A stretch of DNA of 64,000 nucleotides. It comes from Candidatus Limnocylindria bacterium (GTDB lineage Bacteria; Chloroflexota; Limnocylindria; P2-11E). Numbering within the stretch: position 1 is the first letter of the stretch; each line of letters opens with the position of its first letter. Made by a program: the position numbers and the translations under genes. The stretch spans positions 67,202-131,201 of the forward strand of contig DASZZF010000002.1 of NCBI GenBank assembly GCA_035543375.1. Direction: 5' to 3'. The notes beneath the pieces were generated by a model. The model was not told where the DNA came from. It saw only the letters and a program-made list of their open reading frames with translations, and ran no database searches. Positions 56,249 to 64,000 of the stretch are shown here, in pieces.

Positions 56249-58060
56249 CCCCTGATCCTGCGCCGGGCCGTCCGAGCGGAAGGCCCGCGTGTACAGCCGC
56301 CAGTAGAGGGCCTCGCGCACCATGAGCTCGGCGTGCGTGCCGTCCTCGACGATGCGGCCGTGCTCGAGCACGACGATCCGAGCGGCGCGCTCGACCGTCG
56401 TGAGGCGGTGGGCGATGACGATCGTGGTCCGGCCGATCATCAGCCGGGCGAGAGCCTCCTGCACAAGGTATTCACTCTCGTTGTCGAGGGCCGACGTCGC
56501 TTCATCCAACAGCAGGACGGGCGCGTCGCGAAGCAGCGCCCGGGCAATCGCGACGCGCTGACGCTGGCCGGCCGACAGCTTCACGCCGCGCTCGCCGACG
56601 ATGGTCTCGTAGCGTTCCGGCAGCCGATCGATGAACTCGGTGGCGTTCGCGGCTGCGGCGGCCGCGTGAAGCTCCGTCGCGGTCGCGTCGAGGCGACCGT
56701 AGCGGATGTTCTCGGCGATCGTCGTGGCGAACAGCACGGGCTCCTGCGGGACGACGGCGATGTGCTCGCGCAGCGAATGCAGGGTGACATCGCGCAGGTC
56801 CCGCCCGTCGACGGTGATCAGTCCGGTCGTCGGGTCGTAAAAGCGCGCGACGAGGCTGACGAGCGTCGTCTTCCCCGCCCCCGACGGGCCGACGAGCGCC
56901 GTCGTCTGTCCGGCCGCGAACGTCGTCGTGATGTGCGAGAGCACGACCGGCCCTGCGCCGTATCGGAAGGACACGTCCTCCAACGCGATGCGGCCGGCAA
57001 CGTGCGGCAGCGTCGCGGCGTGCGGCCGGTCGGTGATCTCCGGGGCCGTGTCGAGGAGCGCGAAGATGCGGTCCGCAGCGCCAAAGGCCTCCTGGATCTG
57101 CGTCCACTGCGACGCGAGGCCGCCGACCGGTCCGGCGACCATCCCCGCGTACAACAGGAACGCGACGAGCTGTCCGGTGGTCGCCTCGCCCTGGATGACC
57201 TGGTGCCCGCCGTACCAGAGCACGACGATCGAGGCAGCGAAGCCGAGGAACCCGATGAGCGGGAACAGCGTCGACGAGAGCTTCGCCCGCTCGAGGACCT
57301 TGGCGAGCGTGACGAGCAGCTTCTCGCGGAAGCGCTCCGCCTCGTAGGTCTCTCGGGTGAACGCCTGGACGGTGCGGACCTCGGCGATCGCCTCCTGGAG
57401 CACGCCGACCGCCTCGCCCTGCGCGTCCTGTGCCTGGCGTGAGAGCGACCGGATCCGGCGGCCGAGGAACTGCCCGAGCAGCCCGATCGGAGGCGCGACG
57501 ACGAGCGTCAGCAGGGCGAGGCGCCAGTTCATCACGAAGATCACGACCAGGCCGCCGACGAGCGTAAGCACCTGGCCGAGGACCTGGATGATGGTCTGGG
57601 TCACGACGCCGTGCACGAGCGTGGCGTCGCTCGTGACGTGCGACATGAGCTCGCCGGTCTTGCGCTTGCTGAAGAACGAGAGCGACAACGACTGCAAGTG
57701 CAGGACGATCGCCATCCGGAGATCGAAGATCACGCGCTCGCCGGTCCAGGTCATCACGTAGCTACGCACGCCGTCGATCGCGGCCCTGACCAGCAGGACG
57801 CCGATAAGGAGCAGCACGAGCTGGTCGAGGATCGTCCCGTCGTGGAGCCCGGCGTCGAGCACCCGCAGGACGACCTGCGGCCAGCCCAGGCCGAGCACCG
57901 TGGAGAGGATCAGCAGCGCGGCGGCGAACACGAGATTCCGGGCATACGGCCGGACGAACCGGAGAAGCCGGCGGTACATCGCGATCGAGGGACGCGTCTT
58001 CGTCTGACCGCCCCCGCCCAGCCACATGCCGTGGCCGCCGCCGGAGCCCATCGGCATCAT
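56174..58060 (-). CDS. ABC transporter, fused permease/ATPase (MsbA-like exporter)
   Basis: Six-TM domain followed by GPSGAGKTT, LSAGQRQRVAIARA and LLLDEATSALD. Gly-rich N-terminus MMPMGSGGGHGMWLGGGG. Confidence 0.9.
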   Translation of the reverse strand: MMPMGSGGGHGMWLGGGGQTKTRPSIAMYRRLLRFVRPYARNLVFAAALLILSTVLGLGWPQVVLRVLDAGLHDGTILDQLVLLLIGVLLVRAAIDGVRSYVMTWTGERVIFDLRMAIVLHLQSLSLSFFSKRKTGELMSHVTSDATLVHGVVTQTIIQVLGQVLTLVGGLVVIFVMNWRLALLTLVVAPPIGLLGQFLGRRIRSLSRQAQDAQGEAVGVLQEAIAEVRTVQAFTRETYEAERFREKLLVTLAKVLERAKLSSTLFPLIGFLGFAASIVVLWYGGHQVIQGEATTGQLVAFLLYAGMVAGPVGGLASQWTQIQEAFGAADRIFALLDTAPEITDRPHAATLPHVAGRIALEDVSFRYGAGPVVLSHITTTFAAGQTTALVGPSGAGKTTLVSLVARFYDPTTGLITVDGRDLRDVTLHSLREHIAVVPQEPVLFATTIAENIRYGRLDATATELHAAAAAANATEFIDRLPERYETIVGERGVKLSAGQRQRVAIARALLRDAPVLLLDEATSALDNESEYLVQEALARLMIGRTTIVIAHRLTTVERAARIVVLEHGRIVEDGTHAELMVREALYWRLYTRAFRSDGPAQDQGLAVTVGMEPGREAHRDQVRERVGP

Positions 58061-58109
58061 CACCGGAACCAGCCTACCGGGCCTACCCGGTGTAGCGAGC
58101 GGACCGGGG

Positions 58110-59660
58110 CTACTTCCCGATTCCGACCTCGGTGAACAGATCGCCTTGGGCGTTCTGGACCTTCTTCGTCGCCGCGGCCGATGGCGCGCTCCAGACGAGC
58201 GGGATCCGCGGGACCTCACGCTGTGCGATCTTGGACACCTGCTTGTAGAGCTCCGCGCGCTTCGACGGATCCGGTTCGCTTCGCGCCTTCCGCAGCAGTC
58301 CCGCGCTCTCCGCGTTCACCCACGCGCCGCCGATCGTCGGGAGGTCTTGGCCGTTCAGGACCGGAGGGATGAACGAGCGCCCGAGCACTTCGTCCGCGTC
58401 GCCCCGCCGATCGACGAGCGTGTCGATCCACAGCGGGTACTTGTTGTCGCGGACCGAGAGCGTGAACGTTACGAAGTCGATGGTCTTGAGGTTCGCGACG
58501 ATACCGACGGCCGCGAGGTCCGCCGCGATCGATTCGGCGATCCGGCGGTCATCCGGGCGCGAGGGCGGCGCTCCGAGGACATACCAGACGTCGAGGTCGA
58601 AGGTCGCCTTGCCGGCGTCCGCGAGCAGTTTCTTCGCCGCGTCCGGGTCGTTCTTCGCGAATTCGGTGACTGAGTCGTCGTAGCCGAGCGTGCGGGGCGG
58701 CGGGAACTGGGAGGCCAGCTTCGCCTCGCCGTTGAAAAGCCGCTCGACGAGCGCGCGCGGGTTCAAGGCCTGCGCGATCGCTCGGCGGACGCGGAGGTCG
58801 TCGAGCGGCGGCACCGACAGGTTCAGCCCGACGAACAGCGTCGTCGATGCTGTCCGCGAGAGCAGCTGGAGGCTCGGATCCGCGCGGACCGCCGGCACGT
58901 CGGCGACGCCGATCTCGGGGACGAGGTCGACGCTGCCGCTGCGCAGCGCCGCGACCCGCGACGGCGCGTCGGAGTACGCGGCAAAGGTCAAGCGGTCGAG
59001 ATACGGGAGTGCCTGGCCGTTGCGGTCTTTTCTCCAGTACCTGGGATTCCGCTCGAGCAGCAGCGGACGGGCCGTCTCGGTGCCGGGTGCGATGCGGAAC
59101 GGACCGGTCCCGACGTTCGTCGCGCCGGTCCGCACGATCGCGTAGGCCGGCGTCGAGAGCGCCGAGAGGAACGGACCGAACGGCACGCGCGTGGTGACGC
59201 CCAGGGTGGTGGCGTCCGGCGCGCTTGCCCCTTCCACGATCGGGTCGTTCGGCGCGCGCATCAGGCTCTTCATTGCCGCGGTGGCATCAAAGGCTGTGCC
59301 GTCGTGAAAGATCACACCGTCGCGCAGGGTAAAGGTCCAGGTGCGGCCATCGGGCGAGACGGACCACTTCGTCGCGAGGACCCCCACAGCACCGTCCAGC
59401 GCGTTCGCCACGAGGCCCTCGTAGATCTGGCGCGTCACCGGGCGGGCAGCGTCGTCGTCGTGTCCGGGGTCGAGGAGCCCGACGTCCGCCGCCAGACCGA
59501 TACGCAGCGTCCCGCCGGGCTGGATCGACACGAGCGGCGCGGTCGGGCTCGGGCTCGCGGTGGCCTGGACCGAGGGGACGGCCACCGGCGGCGGGATCGA
59601 CTGGCACGCGGCGAGGGCGGCGATGAGGACGAGGGCGGCGCGCGGAGGCCTTCGGGTCAA
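58110..59660 (-). CDS. ABC transporter substrate-binding lipoprotein, family 5 (peptide/nickel type)
   Basis: Lipobox LIAALAAC. SBP_bac_5-like sequence. TTG start overlapping the stop of the permease remnant (TTGA). Confidence 0.85.
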   Translation of the reverse strand: MTRRPPRAALVLIAALAACQSIPPPVAVPSVQATASPSPTAPLVSIQPGGTLRIGLAADVGLLDPGHDDDAARPVTRQIYEGLVANALDGAVGVLATKWSVSPDGRTWTFTLRDGVIFHDGTAFDATAAMKSLMRAPNDPIVEGASAPDATTLGVTTRVPFGPFLSALSTPAYAIVRTGATNVGTGPFRIAPGTETARPLLLERNPRYWRKDRNGQALPYLDRLTFAAYSDAPSRVAALRSGSVDLVPEIGVADVPAVRADPSLQLLSRTASTTLFVGLNLSVPPLDDLRVRRAIAQALNPRALVERLFNGEAKLASQFPPPRTLGYDDSVTEFAKNDPDAAKKLLADAGKATFDLDVWYVLGAPPSRPDDRRIAESIAADLAAVGIVANLKTIDFVTFTLSVRDNKYPLWIDTLVDRRGDADEVLGRSFIPPVLNGQDLPTIGGAWVNAESAGLLRKARSEPDPSKRAELYKQVSKIAQREVPRIPLVWSAPSAAATKKVQNAQGDLFTEVGIGK

Positions 59661-60076
59661 CTCACCCTCAGTCTAGGGTCGAGCGCGTCGCGCAGACTTG
59701 CCGCCGACGAGGTACGGGCAGAGACCACAAGGAAGATGAAGAACACCGGCGACAAGGCGAGCCACCATGCGCGGCCCAGGCACTGCGTCGCGTTCGTGAG
59801 GATGTTCCCCCGCCCGGCGTGGGCGGATACATCCCTAGGCCGAGGTCGCTAAGCGCGGACTCGGTGAAGCTGAGCCGGCCGATGTCGATCGAGGCGAGCA
59901 CAAAGATGTGCGGGACGACGTTCGGCAGCACGTGCTTCACGATGATCCGACTTCGTGGTCGCCCCGATCGTCCGGGCCGAAATCACCAACTCGCGCTCCC
60001 GGACGGCGAACGTCTGCCCGCGGGCGAGGTTGCAGGCCGCGGTCCAGCGGAGGATCCCGAGGCTGGACACGGGCAA
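59657..60076 (-). pseudogene. 3' remnant of a second DppC/OppC-like permease gene (5' two-thirds deleted, at least 2 frameshifts)
   Basis: ARGQTFAVRERELVISARTIGATTKS / IIVKHVLPNVVPHIFVLASIDIG...LGLGMYPPTPG / GNILTNATQCLGRAWWLALSP...LRDALDPRLRVS lie in three frames. They parallel residues ~150-308 of the intact permease at 60099..61025. Confidence 0.7.
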
Positions 60077-60098
60077 TGGAAGACTCGCACGGCGCGCC

Positions 60099-61025
60099 CT
60101 AGGTCGACTTCAGACGGGGATCCAGCGCGTCGCGGAGGCCGTCTCCGATGAGGTAGAGGCAGAGCACGGTGAGGAAGATCATGGACCCTGGCGATACGAC
60201 CAGCCACCACGCGCGGTTCGCGTAGCTCTGCGAATTCGACAGCATGTTCCCCCAGCTCGGCGTGGGCGGCAGGATGCCGAGACCGAGGTAGGAAAGCGCC
60301 GATTCCGCCAGGATGATCGTACCGATGTCGATCGCCGCCAAGACGAAGATGAACGGCAACACGTTCGGCAGGATGTGGCGCAGCATGATGCGCGATGTCG
60401 AACCGCCGATCGCCCGCGCCGCGGTCACGAATTCGCGGTCGCGCAGCGCGAAGGTCTGGCCGCGCACGAAGTTCGTGATGCCCGTCCAGAAGAGACCGCC
60501 GATGATGATGGTGAGGGTGAGCGCTCCCGGCTGGAAGAGGGTCGTGATGATGAGCAGGAGGAAGATGAGCGGGATGGAGTTGAGCGTAGTGATGAACCAG
60601 GTGATAACGTCGTCAAAGGCCCCGCGGAGGTAGCCGGCGACGAGACCGAGCCCTACGCCGATCGTGAGGCTCATGAGCGCCGCGACGAAGCCGACGAAGA
60701 GCGACACCTGGCCCCCGTAGAGCAGCCGCACCACCTGGCTTCGTCCGATCTCGTCCGAGCCGAGGAGGTATGCAGGCGGGTCGAGCGTTGGCTTCGCGTA
60801 GGTGTGCAGAAGGTCCTGGGCCTCGAACGACGAGTTGAACACGTGCTCGGCGATGAGCGGAGCGAGAATCGAGACGAGCGCAAGCACGATGATCACGAAC
60901 GATGCCGCCATGGTGAGGCGATCGCGACGCAAGCGGTACCAAGCGCTCTCCCAGAGACCCGCTGAGGCGCGGCGCGCCGGCGCGGCCGCCGCCGCGGCGC
61001 GCTCGAGGCGATCGACCGTCGCCAT
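60099..61025 (-). CDS. ABC peptide/nickel transporter permease (DppC/OppC type)
   Basis: 308 aa, EAA-loop region FVTAARAIGGSTSRIMLRHILPNV. Confidence 0.9.
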   Translation of the reverse strand: MATVDRLERAAAAAAPARRASAGLWESAWYRLRRDRLTMAASFVIIVLALVSILAPLIAEHVFNSSFEAQDLLHTYAKPTLDPPAYLLGSDEIGRSQVVRLLYGGQVSLFVGFVAALMSLTIGVGLGLVAGYLRGAFDDVITWFITTLNSIPLIFLLLIITTLFQPGALTLTIIIGGLFWTGITNFVRGQTFALRDREFVTAARAIGGSTSRIMLRHILPNVLPFIFVLAAIDIGTIILAESALSYLGLGILPPTPSWGNMLSNSQSYANRAWWLVVSPGSMIFLTVLCLYLIGDGLRDALDPRLKST

Positions 61026-61984
61026 CAGCTCACCTTGATCCGCGGGTCAACGCGTGCATAGGCGATGTCGCGGACCAGGTAGCTGAGCACGAGGAGCGTG
61101 CTCGCGAACATCACGCCGGCCATGATCAACGGATAGTCCTTTCCGCGGGCGGCGGCGTAGGTGAGCTGCCCGACCCCGGGCCAGGTGAAGACCTGCTCGA
61201 TGATCAGGGCGCCGGAGACGAGCGCGGCGAGGATCCCGCCCAGCGCCGTGACGACGGGGATGAGCGCGTTACGCAACGCGTGGGTGTAAACGACGGTCCG
61301 TTCGCGCAGCCCCTTCGCCCGTGCAGTGCGGACGTAGTCCTGCGCGATGACGTCGAGCGTCTCGGTGCGCAGGTAGCGCGAATAGTTCGCGATGCCGGCG
61401 AGCGCCAGCACGAACGCCGGAAGGATGATGTGCCTCGCGCGGTCGCCGATATCCCAGACGTCGTGGCCGATGGTGAGCAAACCCTGGCTCGGCAGCCATC
61501 GCAGGTTCACCGCGAAGAGGACGATGAACAGGAGTCCGATCCAGAAGCCAGGGATGGCGTGGCCGATGACGCCGAAGAAGCGGACCGTGTTGTCGGCCCA
61601 GCCGCCGCGGTTGAGCGCGGCAATGACGCCCAGTGGCACGCCGATGGCGAGCTGTAGGAAGAGCGCGAGGGTCGCGAGCTGAAGCGTGGCAGGGAGGCGC
61701 TCGAGCACCAATCCCAAGGCGGGTTTGTTGTACTGGAGCGAGTTCCCGAAGTCGCCGCGCAGCATGTTCATGAGCCATTCGACGTACTGGATCGGCAGCG
61801 GCTGGTCCAGGCCATAGGCGTGGTGCAGCGCCGCGATGTCCTCCTCGGTGATGTTCGTGGCACCGAACGTGTACAGGCGCACCGGATCGCCGGGAGAGAG
61901 GCGCGTGATGAGGAACACGATGATCGAGATCCCGAGCAGCGTGGGAATCGCGTAGAGGATCCGCCGGATGATGTACGTCCGCAT
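61025..61984 (-). CDS. ABC peptide/nickel transporter permease (DppB/OppB type)
   Basis: MRTYIIRRILYAIPTLLGISIIVFLI...YVRTARAKGL. Confidence 0.9.
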   Translation of the reverse strand: MRTYIIRRILYAIPTLLGISIIVFLITRLSPGDPVRLYTFGATNITEEDIAALHHAYGLDQPLPIQYVEWLMNMLRGDFGNSLQYNKPALGLVLERLPATLQLATLALFLQLAIGVPLGVIAALNRGGWADNTVRFFGVIGHAIPGFWIGLLFIVLFAVNLRWLPSQGLLTIGHDVWDIGDRARHIILPAFVLALAGIANYSRYLRTETLDVIAQDYVRTARAKGLRERTVVYTHALRNALIPVVTALGGILAALVSGALIIEQVFTWPGVGQLTYAAARGKDYPLIMAGVMFASTLLVLSYLVRDIAYARVDPRIKVS

Positions 61985-62013
61985 GTCTCTGTGACCCTCC
62001 GCTTGACCGACAC

Positions 62014-62043
62014 GGCGGGGCACCCTGGGAAGGGTGCACCGCC
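62014..62043 (-). other. intercistronic stem-loop between the substrate-binding-protein gene and the first permease gene
   Basis: GGCGGGGCACCC-TGGGAA-GGGTGCACCGCC, with 11 of 12 positions paired. Confidence 0.5.
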
Positions 62044-62064
62044 GCGCGCATCGCTAACCTGCCG

Positions 62065-63771
62065 CTATTGCTTGATCCACCATTTCTCGACGTTCCACGT
62101 CGCGTCGGGGCTGAAGCTCCCCGGCTCGATCCCGCGGATCCGCTTGTCAGTGGCGAGGATCCGGTCCTGCGAGAAGGCGAAGTTGTACGGCTGGTCCTCG
62201 TTGAGGATCTTGTTCGCCTGCTGATAGATGTTCTTGCGTGTGGCGACCGTGCAGTCGGGCCCACGTCCCTGCTCGATGAGCTTGTCCAGGTCGGGGTTCT
62301 TGTAGCCGACGAAGTTGTTCCCGGCCTGCTCGGCCCGCGCGACGTTGCTCGAGTGCCAGATGCTGAACAGGTCAGGGTCCGTGCCGAGCTGCCAGCCGAG
62401 GATGACCGATTCGACCTCGTTGCTCCCGCTGTTCAGCTTGGGCACGAGCGTCTCGAAGGCCTCGACCTTCGGGTTGATCTTCACGCCGATCTGCTTGTAC
62501 TGCTCGGTGGCGACCTGGAGGAACGTCTCGCGGGTCTTGTTCCCCTGATTCGTCACGATGCTGAACCCAAGCGTCTTGCCGTCCTTGGCGTAGAAGCCGT
62601 CGGCGCCCTTGGCGTAACCCGCCTGCTTAATCAGATCTTCGGCTTTGGCCTTGTCGTACTTGTAGTCGTTGAGACCGGTCGCCGCGGCCCAGGAGGCCGC
62701 GGGGCTGTGCGACACCTGCTTCAGGCCGTGCGTAAAGACCACCGATTGGACGACCGCGGCGGTGTCGAGCCCGTAGGCAAGCGCTTGGCGGACGCGCTTG
62801 TCCTGGAGGACGGGGACGTTGGGGTTGTTCAGACGCCAGCCGATGTAGACATAGCCGTTGTCCTGCCACTCGTACAGCTTGAGCGTGTCCTGCTTCGATA
62901 GATCGTCGTAGTCACCCGGCTGGATGGCGCCCAAGGTCAGCTCGCCGGTCTTGAGCTGCGAGGCCTGCACTGTCGAGTCGGCGACGACCTTCTGAACGAA
63001 CTCTTCGAGGTACGGCGCGCCGCGCCAGTACGTATCGTTGCGGCTCAGGATGACCTGGTCCCCCTTGCGCCACTCCTTGAACCTGAAGGGGCCGCTGAAG
63101 ACGGTGGGCGCCGCGTTTTCCGGCGCGGCGTCGATGTTCTTCGTCGCATCGCTGTCCACCGTGTACTTGCCGAAAACGTGCGCCGGGATTGGCGCCGCCC
63201 CGAATACGGTCAGGAGCGCCGGGCAGAACGACCGCGTGAACTTCGCGGTGAACTTCTTGGTGCTCGACGGGTCGAGCGTGATGCCGCTGATCGTCGTCGC
63301 CTTGCCGTCACGGTAGTCGTTGAAGCCCTCGAGGTCAGCGAACCCGCTCTTCTGCGTCGTGAGCTTGCTGCGCGCGATGGCCTTGACGCGCGCGAGGTAG
63401 TCGTCGGCGATGATCGGCTTACCGTCCGACCAATTAGCCTTCGCGTCGATCTCCCAGGAGAACGTGAGGTTGTCGGAACTGACCGTCCACTTCCCCAACC
63501 AGGGGACCGGCTCGCCGGTCTTCGGGTTCACATTGATGAGCGCGTCGTACATCAGGCTACTGACCTGGCTCGAGGTCGCGTCCGTAGAGACCACCGGATT
63601 GAGCGTCCGGATGTCGGAGAACGAGCCTCGGATGACGCGCCCGCCGGCGACTGGCGTTTCAGCGCCCGCCTGCGGCGAGCTCGATGGCGTCGTCGAGGTC
63701 GCGCATGCGGTCACCACGAGCGTGGCCGCCGCAAGAACGCTGAAGGCCCTTCGTAGGCTGTGGATCCTCAT
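62065..63771 (-). CDS. ABC transporter substrate-binding lipoprotein, family 5 (peptide/nickel type)
   Basis: Lipobox LVVTACA. 568 aa. GGGAGGA lies upstream of the ATG. Confidence 0.9.
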   Translation of the reverse strand: MRIHSLRRAFSVLAAATLVVTACATSTTPSSSPQAGAETPVAGGRVIRGSFSDIRTLNPVVSTDATSSQVSSLMYDALINVNPKTGEPVPWLGKWTVSSDNLTFSWEIDAKANWSDGKPIIADDYLARVKAIARSKLTTQKSGFADLEGFNDYRDGKATTISGITLDPSSTKKFTAKFTRSFCPALLTVFGAAPIPAHVFGKYTVDSDATKNIDAAPENAAPTVFSGPFRFKEWRKGDQVILSRNDTYWRGAPYLEEFVQKVVADSTVQASQLKTGELTLGAIQPGDYDDLSKQDTLKLYEWQDNGYVYIGWRLNNPNVPVLQDKRVRQALAYGLDTAAVVQSVVFTHGLKQVSHSPAASWAAATGLNDYKYDKAKAEDLIKQAGYAKGADGFYAKDGKTLGFSIVTNQGNKTRETFLQVATEQYKQIGVKINPKVEAFETLVPKLNSGSNEVESVILGWQLGTDPDLFSIWHSSNVARAEQAGNNFVGYKNPDLDKLIEQGRGPDCTVATRKNIYQQANKILNEDQPYNFAFSQDRILATDKRIRGIEPGSFSPDATWNVEKWWIKQ

Positions 63772-64000
63772 CGCCGTCGAGTTCCTCCCGCCCGTGAACT
63801 TGGGTCAGTCTACGTATGTACGGCCAGCGGAGTACGCCGGTTCAACCCGCCTAATCCGAGATTGTCTGTGACGCAGCTACGCCACGCGGGCGCGGTACTC
63901 CAGGATCGTTGGGACGAGCTTGGTGCTTCGTGTACACGCCCTGGCTCCTTTCTCCGTCGCGGGCAAGCGAGGATGGCGCTTCCCGCGTCTGCACTGCTGG

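Noticed and set aside
63851-63937. 28-codon minus-strand ORF with a strong Shine-Dalgarno sequence (AAGGAG, 7-nt spacing, GTG start) upstream of the SBP gene
   Set aside because: Its third-position G+C is only about half by hand count, far below the genes in this window. There is no recognisable product. It is probably a chance ORF in the promoter/leader region, and the last ~230 nt of the window remain unassigned.

Overview
This is a very GC-rich bacterial chromosomal segment. I saw no rRNA, tRNA, CRISPR array or mobile element by eye. It carries about 60 tightly packed genes, most on the minus strand, and most are housekeeping. They include the 5' part of dnaE, malate synthase, an interrupted gatC-gatA...gatB array, ligA, pcrA, an ECF sigma/anti-sigma pair and groES-groEL with a CIRCE operator. 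There is also an eight-gene heme cluster (hemA-C-D-B-L, chdC, hemE, hemH, the coproporphyrin-dependent route), metG, tatD, rsmI, nadE with a separate CN-hydrolase, an Rrf2-sufC-S-U-B-D-Rieske operon, an ABC exporter and a peptide/nickel-type ABC importer cluster. Many long ORFs in the supplied track are antisense shadows or 5'-extended fusions, as expected in high-GC DNA. I trimmed these to starts supported by homology, Shine-Dalgarno sequences or 4-nt stop/start overlaps. Four things deserve a second look. (1) Four CTGA stop/start junctions, plus dnaE, where conserved protein sequence begins at a CTG and no canonical start codon is available. This suggests unusually frequent CTG initiation with translational coupling. 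(2) A high density of decayed genes: a nif3 homologue broken by about 7 single-nt frameshifts, an in-frame TGA in a NUDIX gene, an in-frame TAG in a coupled small ORF, an internally deleted nucleotidyltransferase, a 3' remnant of a second dppC-like permease, and a histidine-kinase tail remnant. (3) A BoxB-like diiron oxygenase + Rieske + TetR module with a candidate palindromic operator. (4) A near-consensus promoter that would give a leaderless Rrf2-suf transcript. The lineage cannot be assigned from this window. The features fit Terrabacteria-type groups such as Actinobacteria or Chloroflexi-like lineages.
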